From: Rickettsiales bacterium
GTDB taxonomy: Bacteria; Pseudomonadota; Alphaproteobacteria; Rs-D84
Assembly (NCBI GenBank): GCA_031279085.1
Contig: JAITJD010000011.1
Location: forward strand, 1-57,914
DNA: 57,914 nucleotides
Reading direction: 5' to 3'
Below, piece by piece: positions 18,732 through 28,469 of this stretch (its first letter is position 1; every line of letters begins with the position of its first letter). Below the pieces are notes generated by a model. It was given only the letters and a program-made list of their open reading frames with translations. It did not search any database and was not told the DNA's origin. Made by a program: the position numbers and the translations under genes.

Positions 18732-18998
18732 ATAGGCGGGAGATAAGAGGTAATAAGGCGGCAAGTTGTGTTATTTATCAATCCCGTTTTATGCTTCTAA
18801 ACTCTTACTTCTAACCTTTTATTTCCTGCCTCTTACCTTTTTTATGATTCGGCACCTAATAATAAAAAATGCCTAACGAATCGGAAATATGATAATAGCT
18901 TCAACTTCGAGTTGTAGCATTGTACATATTCTAATTATTCTTCTATAAAACCTTCAACGAAATTTAATAAATTACACATCTTACAAGGAGAAAATATC

Positions 18999-19346
18999 AT
19001 GGTTGCACAAACACTGAAAACAAATTTGAACGTCGTAAAATTTCAAAATGGCGAGCAGTTGTGGTTTTGGTTTTTACATTCAAAAAAAGTTCAAAATGGT
19101 TTTAAAATAAAAAGCTTTTCGAATCAAAAATATGCATGCGAGCTGCTGGACCTAGAAATTTTAATCACCAAGCTATATCTTTCCGGTCAGATAAGCGACG
19201 AGCAGCTTGCGGTCATGAAAGAATTCGGAGACAAGCAGCGCGCGCCGCGTCAGCATGTATGGAACGAAAACCGCAAGGCGGCGGTTTGGAATTCCGCAAT
19301 GCAGACTCTGGAATCCGCCGCCAGAAACAAGGAATGGATAGAATAA
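18999..19346 (+). CDS. Hypothetical protein (115 aa), no recognisable family
   Basis: A strong AAGGAG RBS lies 8 nt upstream of the ATG. The protein is soluble, with no signal peptide, and follows a 267-nt AT-rich spacer after virB10. Confidence 0.55.
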   Translation: MVAQTLKTNLNVVKFQNGEQLWFWFLHSKKVQNGFKIKSFSNQKYACELLDLEILITKLYLSGQISDEQLAVMKEFGDKQRAPRQHVWNENRKAAVWNSAMQTLESAARNKEWIE

Positions 19347-19735
19347 ACTTACCGACGCAAAATGCTGTCAGAGGCAACGGACTAATTTTCATGCTTATTG
19401 GATTCACATCAAAATCATCAAAAATCCTGCCAAGAATATTATGCAAGAATTTCCGCCATTGCATCGTTCTTTTCAACAACAGGCGGCGCGGATATATTCT
19501 TGCACAAATCGCCTTGGACGGAGTGCGGCTTGTCCCGATCGGCGCGCATGAAATAAAAAAACTGCAATCGGCCGGCTGGATATTCGTAAAATCAAACCCG
19601 AAGAAAAGCCGCGGCCGCCCGATGGTTCCAAACTTTCTAACATGCGTCGGATTTGCCAAGCGAGCTTTGGGAATCAATAAACCATTCATCTGGACGCCCG
19701 ACCAACTTTATAAATATTTAAATAATAGAAAATAA
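19334..19735 (+). CDS. Hypothetical protein (133 aa), basic, possible DNA-binding
   Basis: The ATG at 19334 overlaps the end of the previous ORF by 13 nt. It contains the AT-hook-like 'KKSRGRP'. The RBS is weak, and the longer 19136 start would overlap the previous gene heavily. Confidence 0.35.
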   Translation: MDRINLPTQNAVRGNGLIFMLIGFTSKSSKILPRILCKNFRHCIVLFNNRRRGYILAQIALDGVRLVPIGAHEIKKLQSAGWIFVKSNPKKSRGRPMVPNFLTCVGFAKRALGINKPFIWTPDQLYKYLNNRK

Positions 19736-19762
19736 AAAAACAGCTGCGGCAAAAGCCGCAGC
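19733..19762 (-). terminator. Rho-independent terminator of yidC
   Basis: The stem is gctgcggc (19743-19750) with gccgcagc (19755-19762) and a 4-nt loop. On the minus strand it is followed by TGTTTTTTT (19742-19734). It lies 38 nt after the yidC stop. Confidence 0.75.
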
Positions 19763-19799
19763 GCGTTTACAAATTAATCTCACAATGAATTTTTGCAAT

Positions 19800-21404
19800 T
19801 TATTTATTGCTCATTTTTTTTATAAAGTACATCTGGCCTATGCCGAACAGGTTTGATACCGTCCAATACAGAACCAAGCCCGCCGGCATCCATACGAACA
19901 TTATCGTGAATATGAACGGCAGCCATTTCATAATCTTTTGCGTCTGAGCCATCGGATCATCGGAATCCGCCGCAGGCGCGCTGCCCTGCAATTTCTGCTG
20001 CCACCACATTGTCGCGCCCATGATTATCGGCAGAATGAAAAACGGGTCCATGACAGCCAAGTCTGAAATCCACAAAAATCCTGCCTGGCGCATCGGAACG
20101 GAAATCAGCAGCGCCTTGTACAGCGCAAAGAATATCGGTATCTGCAACAGCATCGGCAGGCAGCCCGACATCGGCGAAGTCTTGTGGGTTTGGTACAGCT
20201 TCATCAGCTCCATCTGCATGCGCGCCTTGTCATTGGCGTAAAGCTTTTGAATTCTGCGCATTTCCGGCTGCATTTTCTGCATCGCCGCCATAGATGTATA
20301 AGATTTTCTGGTCAGCGGCCACATCAGCACGCGCAGAACGATAGTCAGCAGAATAATCGCCAGGCCGTAATTCATAACCAGCCCGTGAATGGCGTTCAGC
20401 CCCCATAACATCGGACGCGCCAAGAACCAGAACCAGCCGTAATCCATTGTCTGATTAATTCCAGGAATCGATGCGGCGGCAGCGGCCAGTATTGATTGGT
20501 CGCGCGGGCCCGCAAAGATTCTTGTTTCTATTTCAACCGATTTTCCGGCGCCGACCTGAACCGGCGCCGCGCTGGCATCGGCTTGATAACGGTCGTCCGA
20601 TTTCTTTATGCGGATTGTCTGGTCCGGCGCGCTTAGCGCGGCGATAGTTTCCCAATATTGATCCGCAAATCCTGCAAAACCGTTTGTCGTCTGATAAATA
20701 TGCGCTTTCTTTTCAAGGTCCTTCCAATCTTCGCGCTCAATCTCGGAATTAGCATAAGCGATTCCGCCGGTGGCGACCGCCGCATTGCTTTCGCCGCCAG
20801 CGCGGACGATTCGCGCGTAAGGCGTGAAAGAAACATCCCGCTTGCCGGTGTTCCTGATTGTGTCGCGCACATTAATCACATAATTTTCAGCCGTGATTTC
20901 GCGACTGAATTCAATGCCGTCGGCATTTTTGAAAGCCATAAGCTTTCGATTGTAATTCTCGTTGTAATTCACTGGCGCGTTCCAATCAGTGCCAATGTTC
21001 GGGGCGGTCGTTCCATTCGCAATCAGACCGATTTCTATGAACTCTGTCCCGCCGCCGCAAAGCAGACATACTTCTTCTTTGGAATCTTTGCTCTGCTTGT
21101 AGTTTGCCAGCCGCAGGCTTTCAATCCTAATTCCGCGAACCGTGCCCTGAATAAGCGAATCCTTTGCCTCAAACATTCCGACAGGTATGTTCGGTATTTC
21201 GCCCGATTGGACGATATCCGCTTTCTGGCCGTTGTCGTCTGTTTTGCCGCTTGGCGCAAACCAAGACGAAAACAGCCACCAAGACAGCAGAAATATTATC
21301 AGCCACCAGAAAAAACTTGAAAATTTAGAAGTTTTTTTTTCGGAACTTTGCCTGCCCGACAGCCATTGATTAAAACCTGACTTTTTATCCAAATATCGAA
21401 CCAT
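19800..21404 (-). CDS. yidC: Membrane protein insertase YidC
   Basis: 534 aa with an N-terminal TM helix, a large periplasmic domain, and the conserved C-terminal core 'MQKMQPEMRRIQKLY...GCLPMLLQIPIFFALY'. Confidence 0.95.
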   Translation of the reverse strand: MVRYLDKKSGFNQWLSGRQSSEKKTSKFSSFFWWLIIFLLSWWLFSSWFAPSGKTDDNGQKADIVQSGEIPNIPVGMFEAKDSLIQGTVRGIRIESLRLANYKQSKDSKEEVCLLCGGGTEFIEIGLIANGTTAPNIGTDWNAPVNYNENYNRKLMAFKNADGIEFSREITAENYVINVRDTIRNTGKRDVSFTPYARIVRAGGESNAAVATGGIAYANSEIEREDWKDLEKKAHIYQTTNGFAGFADQYWETIAALSAPDQTIRIKKSDDRYQADASAAPVQVGAGKSVEIETRIFAGPRDQSILAAAAASIPGINQTMDYGWFWFLARPMLWGLNAIHGLVMNYGLAIILLTIVLRVLMWPLTRKSYTSMAAMQKMQPEMRRIQKLYANDKARMQMELMKLYQTHKTSPMSGCLPMLLQIPIFFALYKALLISVPMRQAGFLWISDLAVMDPFFILPIIMGATMWWQQKLQGSAPAADSDDPMAQTQKIMKWLPFIFTIMFVWMPAGLVLYWTVSNLFGIGQMYFIKKMSNK

Positions 21405-21724
21405 TATCTTCCCCCTCTTCCCGTAAACATTGTGCGAAAAATTCTGCTTTTGTCTGCGGGTTTACTTTCCGACCGTTTAGCATTTATATCTTCGGCTGAT
21501 TGTTTTGATGCCTTTTGTGAACCGATAAGCTCGAATTTTTTTAGAAGATGCCTGATATATATGAAATCCAGAACACCCGCCAAGCCTATAAATCCGGCCA
21601 GCGACAAATGATTGGATATAGGCCCCGGAACATTATCCGTCATCAGCAAATAAGACCCGTCGACTATAAATACGGACAGAAAAACAACCAGTATGGATTC
21701 CAACGAAGTTTCCAATTTATTCAT
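21404..21724 (-). CDS. Small two-TM membrane protein, unknown function
   Basis: 106 aa with two hydrophobic helices and a basic tail. It overlaps the lspA stop by 8 nt and shares one nt with the yidC start, consistent with translational coupling. Confidence 0.5.
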   Translation of the reverse strand: MNKLETSLESILVVFLSVFIVDGSYLLMTDNVPGPISNHLSLAGFIGLAGVLDFIYIRHLLKKFELIGSQKASKQSAEDINAKRSESKPADKSRIFRTMFTGRGGR

Positions 21725-22235
21725 TTTTATTCCTTTTTTTTACAAACAACAGAATCAAATACAACCCGACGCCGGCGCAAATGCAGATATCCGCGACATT
21801 GAAAGCGGGCCAATGCCAGCCGTTCACATGAAAGTCCAGAAAATCTATGACCGCGCCAAATCTTATGCGGTCTATCAAATTGCCCAGCGCGCCGCCGATA
21901 ATCAAAGCAAGGGGCCACCTTTCATTGCTTTTGGCGCGCGCAAATAAATAATGAGCCAGAAATCCGATTATAATCCCCGTGATGACTACTATTATCATCG
22001 GAGCCGCTTCGCCGACAGAACGGAACAATGAAAAAGACGATCCCGGATTCCAAGTAAACACGATATTAAAGAAATCCGTGATCTGAGCCATCATATAAGG
22101 CACCGGCACCAGATCCCATGCATTGCCATATAATGGAACGGAGCCGGTCAGCAGATAAAGGAACAGCCCCTTGGTTGCTTGATCCAGCAGAGCCGCGCCG
22201 ATAACAATGGTCAATATTCCGAGAATTTTTTTCAT
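21717..22235 (-). CDS. lspA: Lipoprotein signal peptidase (signal peptidase II)
   Basis: The ORF extends to 22280. The likely start is 'MKKILGILTIVIGAALLDQATKG' at 22235. The catalytic-region motifs 'GGALGNLIDR' and 'FNVADICI' are present. Confidence 0.92.
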   Translation of the reverse strand: MKKILGILTIVIGAALLDQATKGLFLYLLTGSVPLYGNAWDLVPVPYMMAQITDFFNIVFTWNPGSSFSLFRSVGEAAPMIIVVITGIIIGFLAHYLFARAKSNERWPLALIIGGALGNLIDRIRFGAVIDFLDFHVNGWHWPAFNVADICICAGVGLYLILLFVKKRNKNE

Positions 22236-22291
22236 ATCTTGTGAAAGATAGCACGGCGAAAAACATTTTTCAACAGGCAAATAAAAACTTG

Positions 22292-23965
22292 TTATTTATA
22301 ATATTCTTCGCGGATTTCGGACAGTATTTGCTCTATTTTGCCTTCCGAAACGCCTATATTGGCCAGCACGCTCTGCCCCAGCATGAATGAAGATTCTACC
22401 GTTTCAGGCAGGGCTTCGATGGCGCCTTCGCTTATCAATGTTTTTGTTTCCTCCATATTGCGCGCGCGCGCAAATATTTTTACACGCGGCGCGATGGCGC
22501 GAATGGCGCGAATTGTGCTTTTGGCGACCCAGGCATTATCCAAAGCAATCACAACCGCGCGCGTTCTGCGCGGAGCAAGTCCAAAATCCCGCAGAATATC
22601 CGTATTGTTTGTATCGCCATAGTATACATTGAATCCTTTCTCGCGCCCCGTCATTACTACATCTACATTAAAATCTATTGCGGCATACGGGATTTTCTGC
22701 GATTCCAGCATTTGCGCTATTATCTGGCCGACGCGCCCAAAGCCGCAGATTATGACTTCCGGCTTTTTATCCGCAGCGACTTCTATTTTTTTCGATTTTA
22801 CATTCCGAAATAATTTTCCCGATTTTTGCAGCCCGTCGAAAATGCTAAGCAGCACAGGAGTGAACATTATTGAAAGAACTATTATCGCCGTCAGAATCTC
22901 ACTATGGCTGAACGGTATCGCCTCTATGCCGCTGGATTTCAAAGTTTGCAATATCAGCAGTCCGAACTCGCCGCCCTGCGCCAGAATCAGCGCTATTAAA
23001 AAGGCATCTCTGGACTTTATATTCCTTACGCGCGCGACTATGTAAATCGCCGCAAACTTTATGCTGATAAGCGCGACAACCCCGAACAATACTATGGCCC
23101 AGTTGCTCAAAAGCATTTTCAAGTCCAAACCCATGCCCAGCGCAATAAAGAAAAAAGCCAGGAATAATGTAGCGTACGGAGAAATTTCCGCCTTGACCTG
23201 ATGCCGGTAAATGGTTTCAGACAGCAGCATGCCCGCTAGAAAAGCGCCCAGCGCCGGCGGCAAGCCTATGATATCCAGCACAACGGCCAAAAGAACTATG
23301 CCCAGCAGCACGGCCATCAGCAAAGCCTCTTTGGATTTCAGTTTTGTGACAGCGCGCATCAGCGGATTCAAAACCAGGCGGCCGACAACGACAACGCATA
23401 ACAACAAGCCGACCGACATCACCAAAACATCAATCACATTGGCGCCCAGATTTATCGACTTGCCAGCAAACACGGGCAGCATGGCCAGCAACGGAATCGA
23501 CAGCAAGTCTTGGAACAGCAATATTGAAAACGACTGTCGCCCGAGATTTGTTTGCAATTCATTCCTGTCGGCCAGTATCTGCAAGTCCGTCGAGGTGCTC
23601 GACATCGCAAGCAGCAGCGATACCATGACCATTCCCATGATTGTCCAAGGTGTGATGCCGAATAAAATCGGAAACAGCATTATGGCAACCATCAGGACTT
23701 GCGCCGCGCCAAAGCCGAATATGTTGCGCTTCATCTGCCACAGCCGTTTTATATTCAGCTCCAACCCGATGGTGAACCACAGAAACATTATGCCGACTTC
23801 GCCAAGAAAGTGCCATATTTCAGTCAGTTCGAACAGCTTTAATCCATAAGGGCCGGAAATCACGCCAGCCAGCAGAAACGCAAGCAAAGTGCCGATTCTG
23901 ACCAATCGCAGCATAAAAACCAAAACAAAAGCAATTCCAAAGAATATAAGTATTGATATTTCCAT
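22292..23965 (-). CDS. Kef-type monovalent cation:proton antiporter (CPA2) with TrkA-N domain
   Basis: 557 aa with about 12 TM helices, followed by a Rossmann motif 'VIICGFGRVGQIIAQML' (KTN/TrkA-N). Confidence 0.88.
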   Translation of the reverse strand: MEISILIFFGIAFVLVFMLRLVRIGTLLAFLLAGVISGPYGLKLFELTEIWHFLGEVGIMFLWFTIGLELNIKRLWQMKRNIFGFGAAQVLMVAIMLFPILFGITPWTIMGMVMVSLLLAMSSTSTDLQILADRNELQTNLGRQSFSILLFQDLLSIPLLAMLPVFAGKSINLGANVIDVLVMSVGLLLCVVVVGRLVLNPLMRAVTKLKSKEALLMAVLLGIVLLAVVLDIIGLPPALGAFLAGMLLSETIYRHQVKAEISPYATLFLAFFFIALGMGLDLKMLLSNWAIVLFGVVALISIKFAAIYIVARVRNIKSRDAFLIALILAQGGEFGLLILQTLKSSGIEAIPFSHSEILTAIIVLSIMFTPVLLSIFDGLQKSGKLFRNVKSKKIEVAADKKPEVIICGFGRVGQIIAQMLESQKIPYAAIDFNVDVVMTGREKGFNVYYGDTNNTDILRDFGLAPRRTRAVVIALDNAWVAKSTIRAIRAIAPRVKIFARARNMEETKTLISEGAIEALPETVESSFMLGQSVLANIGVSEGKIEQILSEIREEYYK

Positions 23966-24067
23966 CTTCTCTCTCTTGCGCGGATTTCGTTTCTATATTA
24001 TATCAAAACCGCAAATAAATAAACATAGGATTTTTAGCGAATAATTTCTTTTGAAATAATTAGTTTT

Positions 24068-24934
24068 TCATAATCCGGCCGCCGAAAGCCGCAACGCCAA
24101 TTCCTGAAATTTTTCCGGCGACAGCTCTTCCGCGCGCTCCGTTCCGGCCAGGCCGAATTTCGCCCAATCTATGCCCGGAATGATTCCGCGTATCATTTTG
24201 CGCCGCTGGCCGAAAAGCTTTGCGGTAAGGCGCCCGACTTTTTCAAGATTGGAAATCGGAGATTCCGATTTAGGAATTATCTGCACAACCGCGCTTTGCA
24301 CCTTTGGCGGCGGCACAAAAGCGGTATTGGGAACATTGAACAAAATCCTGGCGTCCGCGACCAGCGAAGTTAAGACTGCCAGACGCCCGTATTGCTTGTC
24401 CCCGACTTTTGCAACTATGCGCATCGCAACTTCGCGCTGGAACATCAATGTCATGGAAGAAACAGAAGATGCAATATGCAGCCATTTAATCAGCAATTCT
24501 GTTCCGATATTATACGGCAAGTTGGAGCATATCGCGATTTTATCATCATTGCCGATTCCCAATTCATCATTTCCAATTTTCAGGGCGTCGCCAAATATGA
24601 TTCGCATTCTGCCGTTTGCGGCATTTGCAATCTTTTCCAGAATCTCTGCCGCCGCCTTATCTTTTTCAATCACAATAAGTCTTTTCGCGCCGGCCGCCAG
24701 CAGGGCGCGCGTCAAGCCGCCTGGCCCGGGCCCGACTTCCACGACAGCGGATTTTTCAATATCGGGAACACTGCGGGCGATTCTGCCCGTCAGATTCAGG
24801 TCAAACAGAAAATTCTGGCCCAGGGACTTTTTAGGCTCCAATCCGGCCTGGCGCATCATTTCCGATACAGGCGGCAAAAATGCAAGAGCCGGACATGACT
24901 CAGACGCCATGTCATTATCCGCGATTTTTTTCAT
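24068..24934 (-). CDS. rsmA: 16S rRNA (adenine1518/1519-N6)-dimethyltransferase
   Basis: 288 aa with 'KKSLGQNFLFD' and the SAM motif 'VVEVGPGPGGLT'. Confidence 0.94.
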   Translation of the reverse strand: MKKIADNDMASESCPALAFLPPVSEMMRQAGLEPKKSLGQNFLFDLNLTGRIARSVPDIEKSAVVEVGPGPGGLTRALLAAGAKRLIVIEKDKAAAEILEKIANAANGRMRIIFGDALKIGNDELGIGNDDKIAICSNLPYNIGTELLIKWLHIASSVSSMTLMFQREVAMRIVAKVGDKQYGRLAVLTSLVADARILFNVPNTAFVPPPKVQSAVVQIIPKSESPISNLEKVGRLTAKLFGQRRKMIRGIIPGIDWAKFGLAGTERAEELSPEKFQELALRLSAAGL

Positions 24935-25527
24935 ATTTTCGCCCTTCTTCCGAACGCAAGGCTGAGCGTTCCGTCATCCAAATAATCCAAATCGCCGCCC
25001 AGCGGCACGCCAGAGGCCAGCTCTGAAAACACGATTTTATCGGAATTTCCTATCACAGACATTACATAATGCTGGGTTGTTTTTCCCTCGACGGTATTTG
25101 GCAAGACAAAGATTATTTCTGAAATATTTTCGTCTTTGACGCGCTTTGGCAGGCTCGCGATGTTCAAATCATCGGGCGTTATTCCGCTGATGCCGGATAT
25201 CTGGCCGCCCAATATATGATATCTTCCGCGAAAAACGCCGGATTTTTCCATTGTCCAGACATCGCCCAAATCGCGTGCTATGCACAGCTGGCCATTTGCG
25301 CGTGATTCGTCAAGACAGAACTCGCAAAGCGCGGAATTGTTTGTCAAAACACCGCATATCGGGCATGGAGCGATTGTCAGGGCCGCATCGGACAATGCGC
25401 CGGCCAGCGCGGCCGCGCGGCCGGTTTTGTCTTGCAGCAGCGCCAAGACTATGCGCTGGGCGGCGCGGCCGCCAACGCGCGGCAGCTTTGCAAATTGTTT
25501 GATAAGCTTTTCTATTTTTGAATTCAT
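24931..25527 (-). CDS. recR: Recombination protein RecR
   Basis: 198 aa with the HhH 'LPRVGGRAAQR', the C4 zinc finger 'CPICGVL...CEFC', and a Toprim domain. Confidence 0.95.
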   Translation of the reverse strand: MNSKIEKLIKQFAKLPRVGGRAAQRIVLALLQDKTGRAAALAGALSDAALTIAPCPICGVLTNNSALCEFCLDESRANGQLCIARDLGDVWTMEKSGVFRGRYHILGGQISGISGITPDDLNIASLPKRVKDENISEIIFVLPNTVEGKTTQHYVMSVIGNSDKIVFSELASGVPLGGDLDYLDDGTLSLAFGRRAKI

Positions 25528-25567
25528 TCTTCAAACCATAACCAATCAAGCGCGAATCCGCGCATTA

Positions 25568-26698
25568 TTAATGGAACACAAAACAATCCTGATTTTGCGC
25601 CTGAAATTTGCCGCAGGCCGTTTGCGCCGCGATTTCAGACAAGCCGTTGCTGCGCACGCGGTACATGCCGCCCGGCGCCTGCTCTATATCAGCTTTTACG
25701 CCCAGCAGATTGCGAACTCTGGCAGTCTGAGCCTGCGCGGCGGACATGGACGAAAACGCGCCGAACTGAACACCGGCGGAGCCACGAGCCACAAGTTGCG
25801 CGGCATCGGCTGATGAAGAACCGCCCTGCGATTTTTTAATATTCGCGCTTTGCGCTTTGAACTCCGAGCTCTGCTTTGCCGGACTATGCCCGACCAGCGC
25901 AAATCCTTTATCCAGCATTTTCTCTGATACTGCCGCGCGCACATCCTTATTGTCCGCGCCCAAGACCACGCTTATCAATCTATTGTCTCCGCGGCGGGCG
26001 GTCGCCACCAAAGAGTACTTTGACTTGTTCGTATAGCCGGTCTTCATGCCATCGCAGCCCGGATAAGCGCCCAGCAAGCGGTTTCCATTCGAATATGTCT
26101 TGCCGTTGTAAGTCCAGGATTTTATCCCGAAATATTTCCAATGCTGCGGAAAATGCTTGTAAACAGCCATGGACAGCAAAGCAATGTCGCGCGCGCACGA
26201 CAGCTGATCGTCATTCGGCAGACCGGACGAATTTTCAAAATTGGTTTTCGACAGCCCGATTTCAGTCGCGACCTGGGTCATCAATGACGCAAAATTTCCT
26301 TCTTTTCCGCCTTTTAGATTTTCCGCCAGAACGCGCGCGACATCATTCGCGCTATGCACGGCCAGAGCCTTTATCGCATCCTCCACCTTGATTTTGCTGC
26401 CCGCTTTCAATCCCAGCTTGACCGGCGACGCGTTTGCCGCGCTTTCGGAAACTATCAGATAATCGTCCAGATGCAGCCTGCCGTGCTCCAGCGCGTCGAA
26501 TGTCAGATACAATGTCATTATCTTCGTCAGAGAAGCCGGATAATTCAAATCGCTGGCGTTTTCCTGATGCAGAATCTGCCCTGTTTCCATATCCGCGACC
26601 AGCGCCGCGCGGTATCCGGCGGCAAACCCGCAATGAATAAAGAACAATGAGCAAAAAATAAAAAATAAAGAAATCTTCGCCATAGGCAGATGATACAA
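25568..26698 (-). CDS. D-alanyl-D-alanine carboxypeptidase (PBP5/6 class) with C-terminal SPOR domain
   Basis: 376 aa with a signal peptide and the motifs SxxK 'ASLTKIM', SxN 'HSANDVA' and KTG 'KTGYT'. The C-terminus 'GVQFGAFSSMSAAQAQ...MYRVRSNGLSEIAAQTACGKFQAQNQDCFVF' is SPOR-like. The start is possibly the MAKISLFF at 26683. Confidence 0.88.
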   Translation of the reverse strand: MYHLPMAKISLFFIFCSLFFIHCGFAAGYRAALVADMETGQILHQENASDLNYPASLTKIMTLYLTFDALEHGRLHLDDYLIVSESAANASPVKLGLKAGSKIKVEDAIKALAVHSANDVARVLAENLKGGKEGNFASLMTQVATEIGLSKTNFENSSGLPNDDQLSCARDIALLSMAVYKHFPQHWKYFGIKSWTYNGKTYSNGNRLLGAYPGCDGMKTGYTNKSKYSLVATARRGDNRLISVVLGADNKDVRAAVSEKMLDKGFALVGHSPAKQSSEFKAQSANIKKSQGGSSSADAAQLVARGSAGVQFGAFSSMSAAQAQTARVRNLLGVKADIEQAPGGMYRVRSNGLSEIAAQTACGKFQAQNQDCFVFH

Positions 26699-26725
26699 AA
26701 AAAACTATAAAACGGTCAATAGATA

Positions 26726-26760
26726 ATAAAAGCCCCGCGCGAATGCGCGGCGCTTTTTTT
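26726..26760 (-). terminator. Rho-independent terminator after pyk
   Basis: On the minus strand: GCGCCGCGC-ATTC-GCGCGGGGC (26753-26732, one mismatch), followed by TTTTATTAT. An A-run upstream makes it potentially bidirectional. Confidence 0.65.
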
Positions 26761-26777
26761 CTGTTTTCGATTATTCA

Positions 26778-28148
26778 TCAATCTATCTTGCGCAGTGATA
26801 TTTTTTCTTCGTCGACTATCACCAGCCTGCCGTGGCTTATGCTTAAACTGCGCGCGGCATTGAAGGCGTCCCTTTGCCCGAACAGCCGCGCGTCGCACAA
26901 TGGAAAAACGCCGCGCGACAGGCACAGCTGGTTTGCAATCACATCTTCGTTGCAGACGGCGATTATCGGAATATCCGGCCGGCGGCATGAAATCTGCGTC
27001 GTCGCGACCGCATCTCTTGCAAAAACGACTATGGCGGAAGCCTTGTTCAGATAAGCCATAGACGCAACCGAACGCGACCAGTCGTTTTCCGGAATATTCT
27101 CAACACGCGACCAATCATACGGATTGTCTATGGCGTCCTGATCGGAATAAGTCAATATTTTCGCCATTGTTTCGACGACTTTCACCGGATTGTCGCCGAT
27201 AGTCGTCTCTTCGGAAGTCATCGTCGAATCCGCGCGCAGGTACGCGGAATTCGCGACATCGGTGATTTCGGCGCGCGTCGGAAATTCCGCATGCACCATG
27301 CTGCCCAGCATTTGCGTTGCAACTATCACTGGCTTGTTCATCTTGCGGCATTCGCGTATTATGTGGCGCCCTATGGCCGGCACTTGCTCAAAAGGCACCT
27401 CAACCGCCAGATCGCCGCGCGCAATCATTATCGCATCCGCCGCCGCGGCTATTTCGGTTATTTTGTCGACGGCATTGCGGCGCTCTATCTTTGCCATTAT
27501 TTTCACCGGATGCGCTGTTTTTGATGTTATGAAGTCGCGCACTTCATACATGTCTTCGGGCTTTTGCACAAACGAAACCGCAATCCAGTCCGGATTTTTA
27601 GTCAAAACATATTCCAAATCATCGCGGTCTTTGGGCGTCAGCACCGAAGACTCGACTTCCGTATCCGGTATGTTGAATCCGCGCCTGGACCAGATTTCAT
27701 CGCCGCGGACAACAACAGTCTCGATGGAATCCGCCGATATTTTTTCAACTTTCAGCTCTATTTTTCCATCATTCAGCAGCACTCGGTCGCCGATTTTCAG
27801 CGATTTCATCACATCTATATCCGGCAGCTGAACGCGCTGGGAATTTCCGGGCGCCGAATTATTGTCCAGCACGAATTTCTGTCCCGCGGCAAGCGGATAT
27901 TTGTTTTCCGTTTCAAAATTTCCGATTCTGTGCTTTGGCCCCTGCAAATCGGCCAGAATGGCGACAGGCCGCCCCAAATCTTTTGAAATCTTGCGTATCA
28001 GGTCTATTTTCTTACCCTGGGCGTCAAAAACATCATGGCTGAAATTCAATCGGCACACATCAACGCCGGCCTCTATCATTTTTACCAGGATTTTCTCGCT
28101 TTCGCTGTTCGGCCCGATGGACGACACTATTTTTGTAAATTTTTTCAT
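26778..28148 (-). CDS. pyk: Pyruvate kinase
   Basis: 456 aa with 'TKIVSSIGPNSES...GVDVCRLNFSHD' and 'MIARGDLAVEVP'. Confidence 0.94.
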   Translation of the reverse strand: MKKFTKIVSSIGPNSESEKILVKMIEAGVDVCRLNFSHDVFDAQGKKIDLIRKISKDLGRPVAILADLQGPKHRIGNFETENKYPLAAGQKFVLDNNSAPGNSQRVQLPDIDVMKSLKIGDRVLLNDGKIELKVEKISADSIETVVVRGDEIWSRRGFNIPDTEVESSVLTPKDRDDLEYVLTKNPDWIAVSFVQKPEDMYEVRDFITSKTAHPVKIMAKIERRNAVDKITEIAAAADAIMIARGDLAVEVPFEQVPAIGRHIIRECRKMNKPVIVATQMLGSMVHAEFPTRAEITDVANSAYLRADSTMTSEETTIGDNPVKVVETMAKILTYSDQDAIDNPYDWSRVENIPENDWSRSVASMAYLNKASAIVVFARDAVATTQISCRRPDIPIIAVCNEDVIANQLCLSRGVFPLCDARLFGQRDAFNAARSLSISHGRLVIVDEEKISLRKID

Positions 28149-28217
28149 ATTTGTTTTCCTTGATTTTTGCGCGGACTAATATATCATACATTTTACACTA
28201 AACAAGGGGAAAAGATA

Positions 28218-28466
28218 ATGAAAAACTCAAACCACGGCACCATTGACAACAAGCAGCTGATTTCGATTATCGAAAAGATTGAAAAGCTGAACGAAGACAC
28301 CGCAAATATCGCGGCCGATATCAAAGAAATTTATTCAGAAGCCAAAAGCGCCGGATTCGACCCGAAATATATCCGCCAGATGATACGTCTGCGCAAATTG
28401 GATCCGGACGAGCTGGACGAAACCGATGAACTGACAAAAATGTACAGGGACGCGCTGGGAATTTAA
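28218..28466 (+). CDS. gapR: GapR-like nucleoid-associated protein (DUF2312/UPF0335)
   Basis: The ORF starts at 28167 but the ATG at 28218 has a GGGGAAAAG RBS. The 82-aa protein 'LISIIEKIEKLNEDTANIAADIKEIYSEAKSAGFDPKYIRQMIRLRKLD' closely matches the alphaproteobacterial DUF2312 consensus. Confidence 0.85.
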   Translation: MKNSNHGTIDNKQLISIIEKIEKLNEDTANIAADIKEIYSEAKSAGFDPKYIRQMIRLRKLDPDELDETDELTKMYRDALGI

Positions 28467-28469
28467 GGT

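Noticed and set aside
19136-19689. There is a minus-strand ORF at 19213-19689 (158 aa), and a long form (from 19136) of the plus-strand ORF.
   Set aside because: The minus ORF is R/C/P-rich and overlaps the well-supported 18999-19346 gene by more than 130 nt. The 19136 start would put two genes in overlapping frames for 210 nt. The 19334 ATG form was kept, with low confidence.
13757-19790. I considered whether the virB8-10 segment is a tRNA-Trp-integrated genomic island.
   Set aside because: The segment abuts the 5' side of the tRNA, not the 3' end where integrases act. I saw no direct repeat of the tRNA 3' end near 19.7 kb and no integrase. The virB genes also do not differ obviously in composition from the neighbouring genes.
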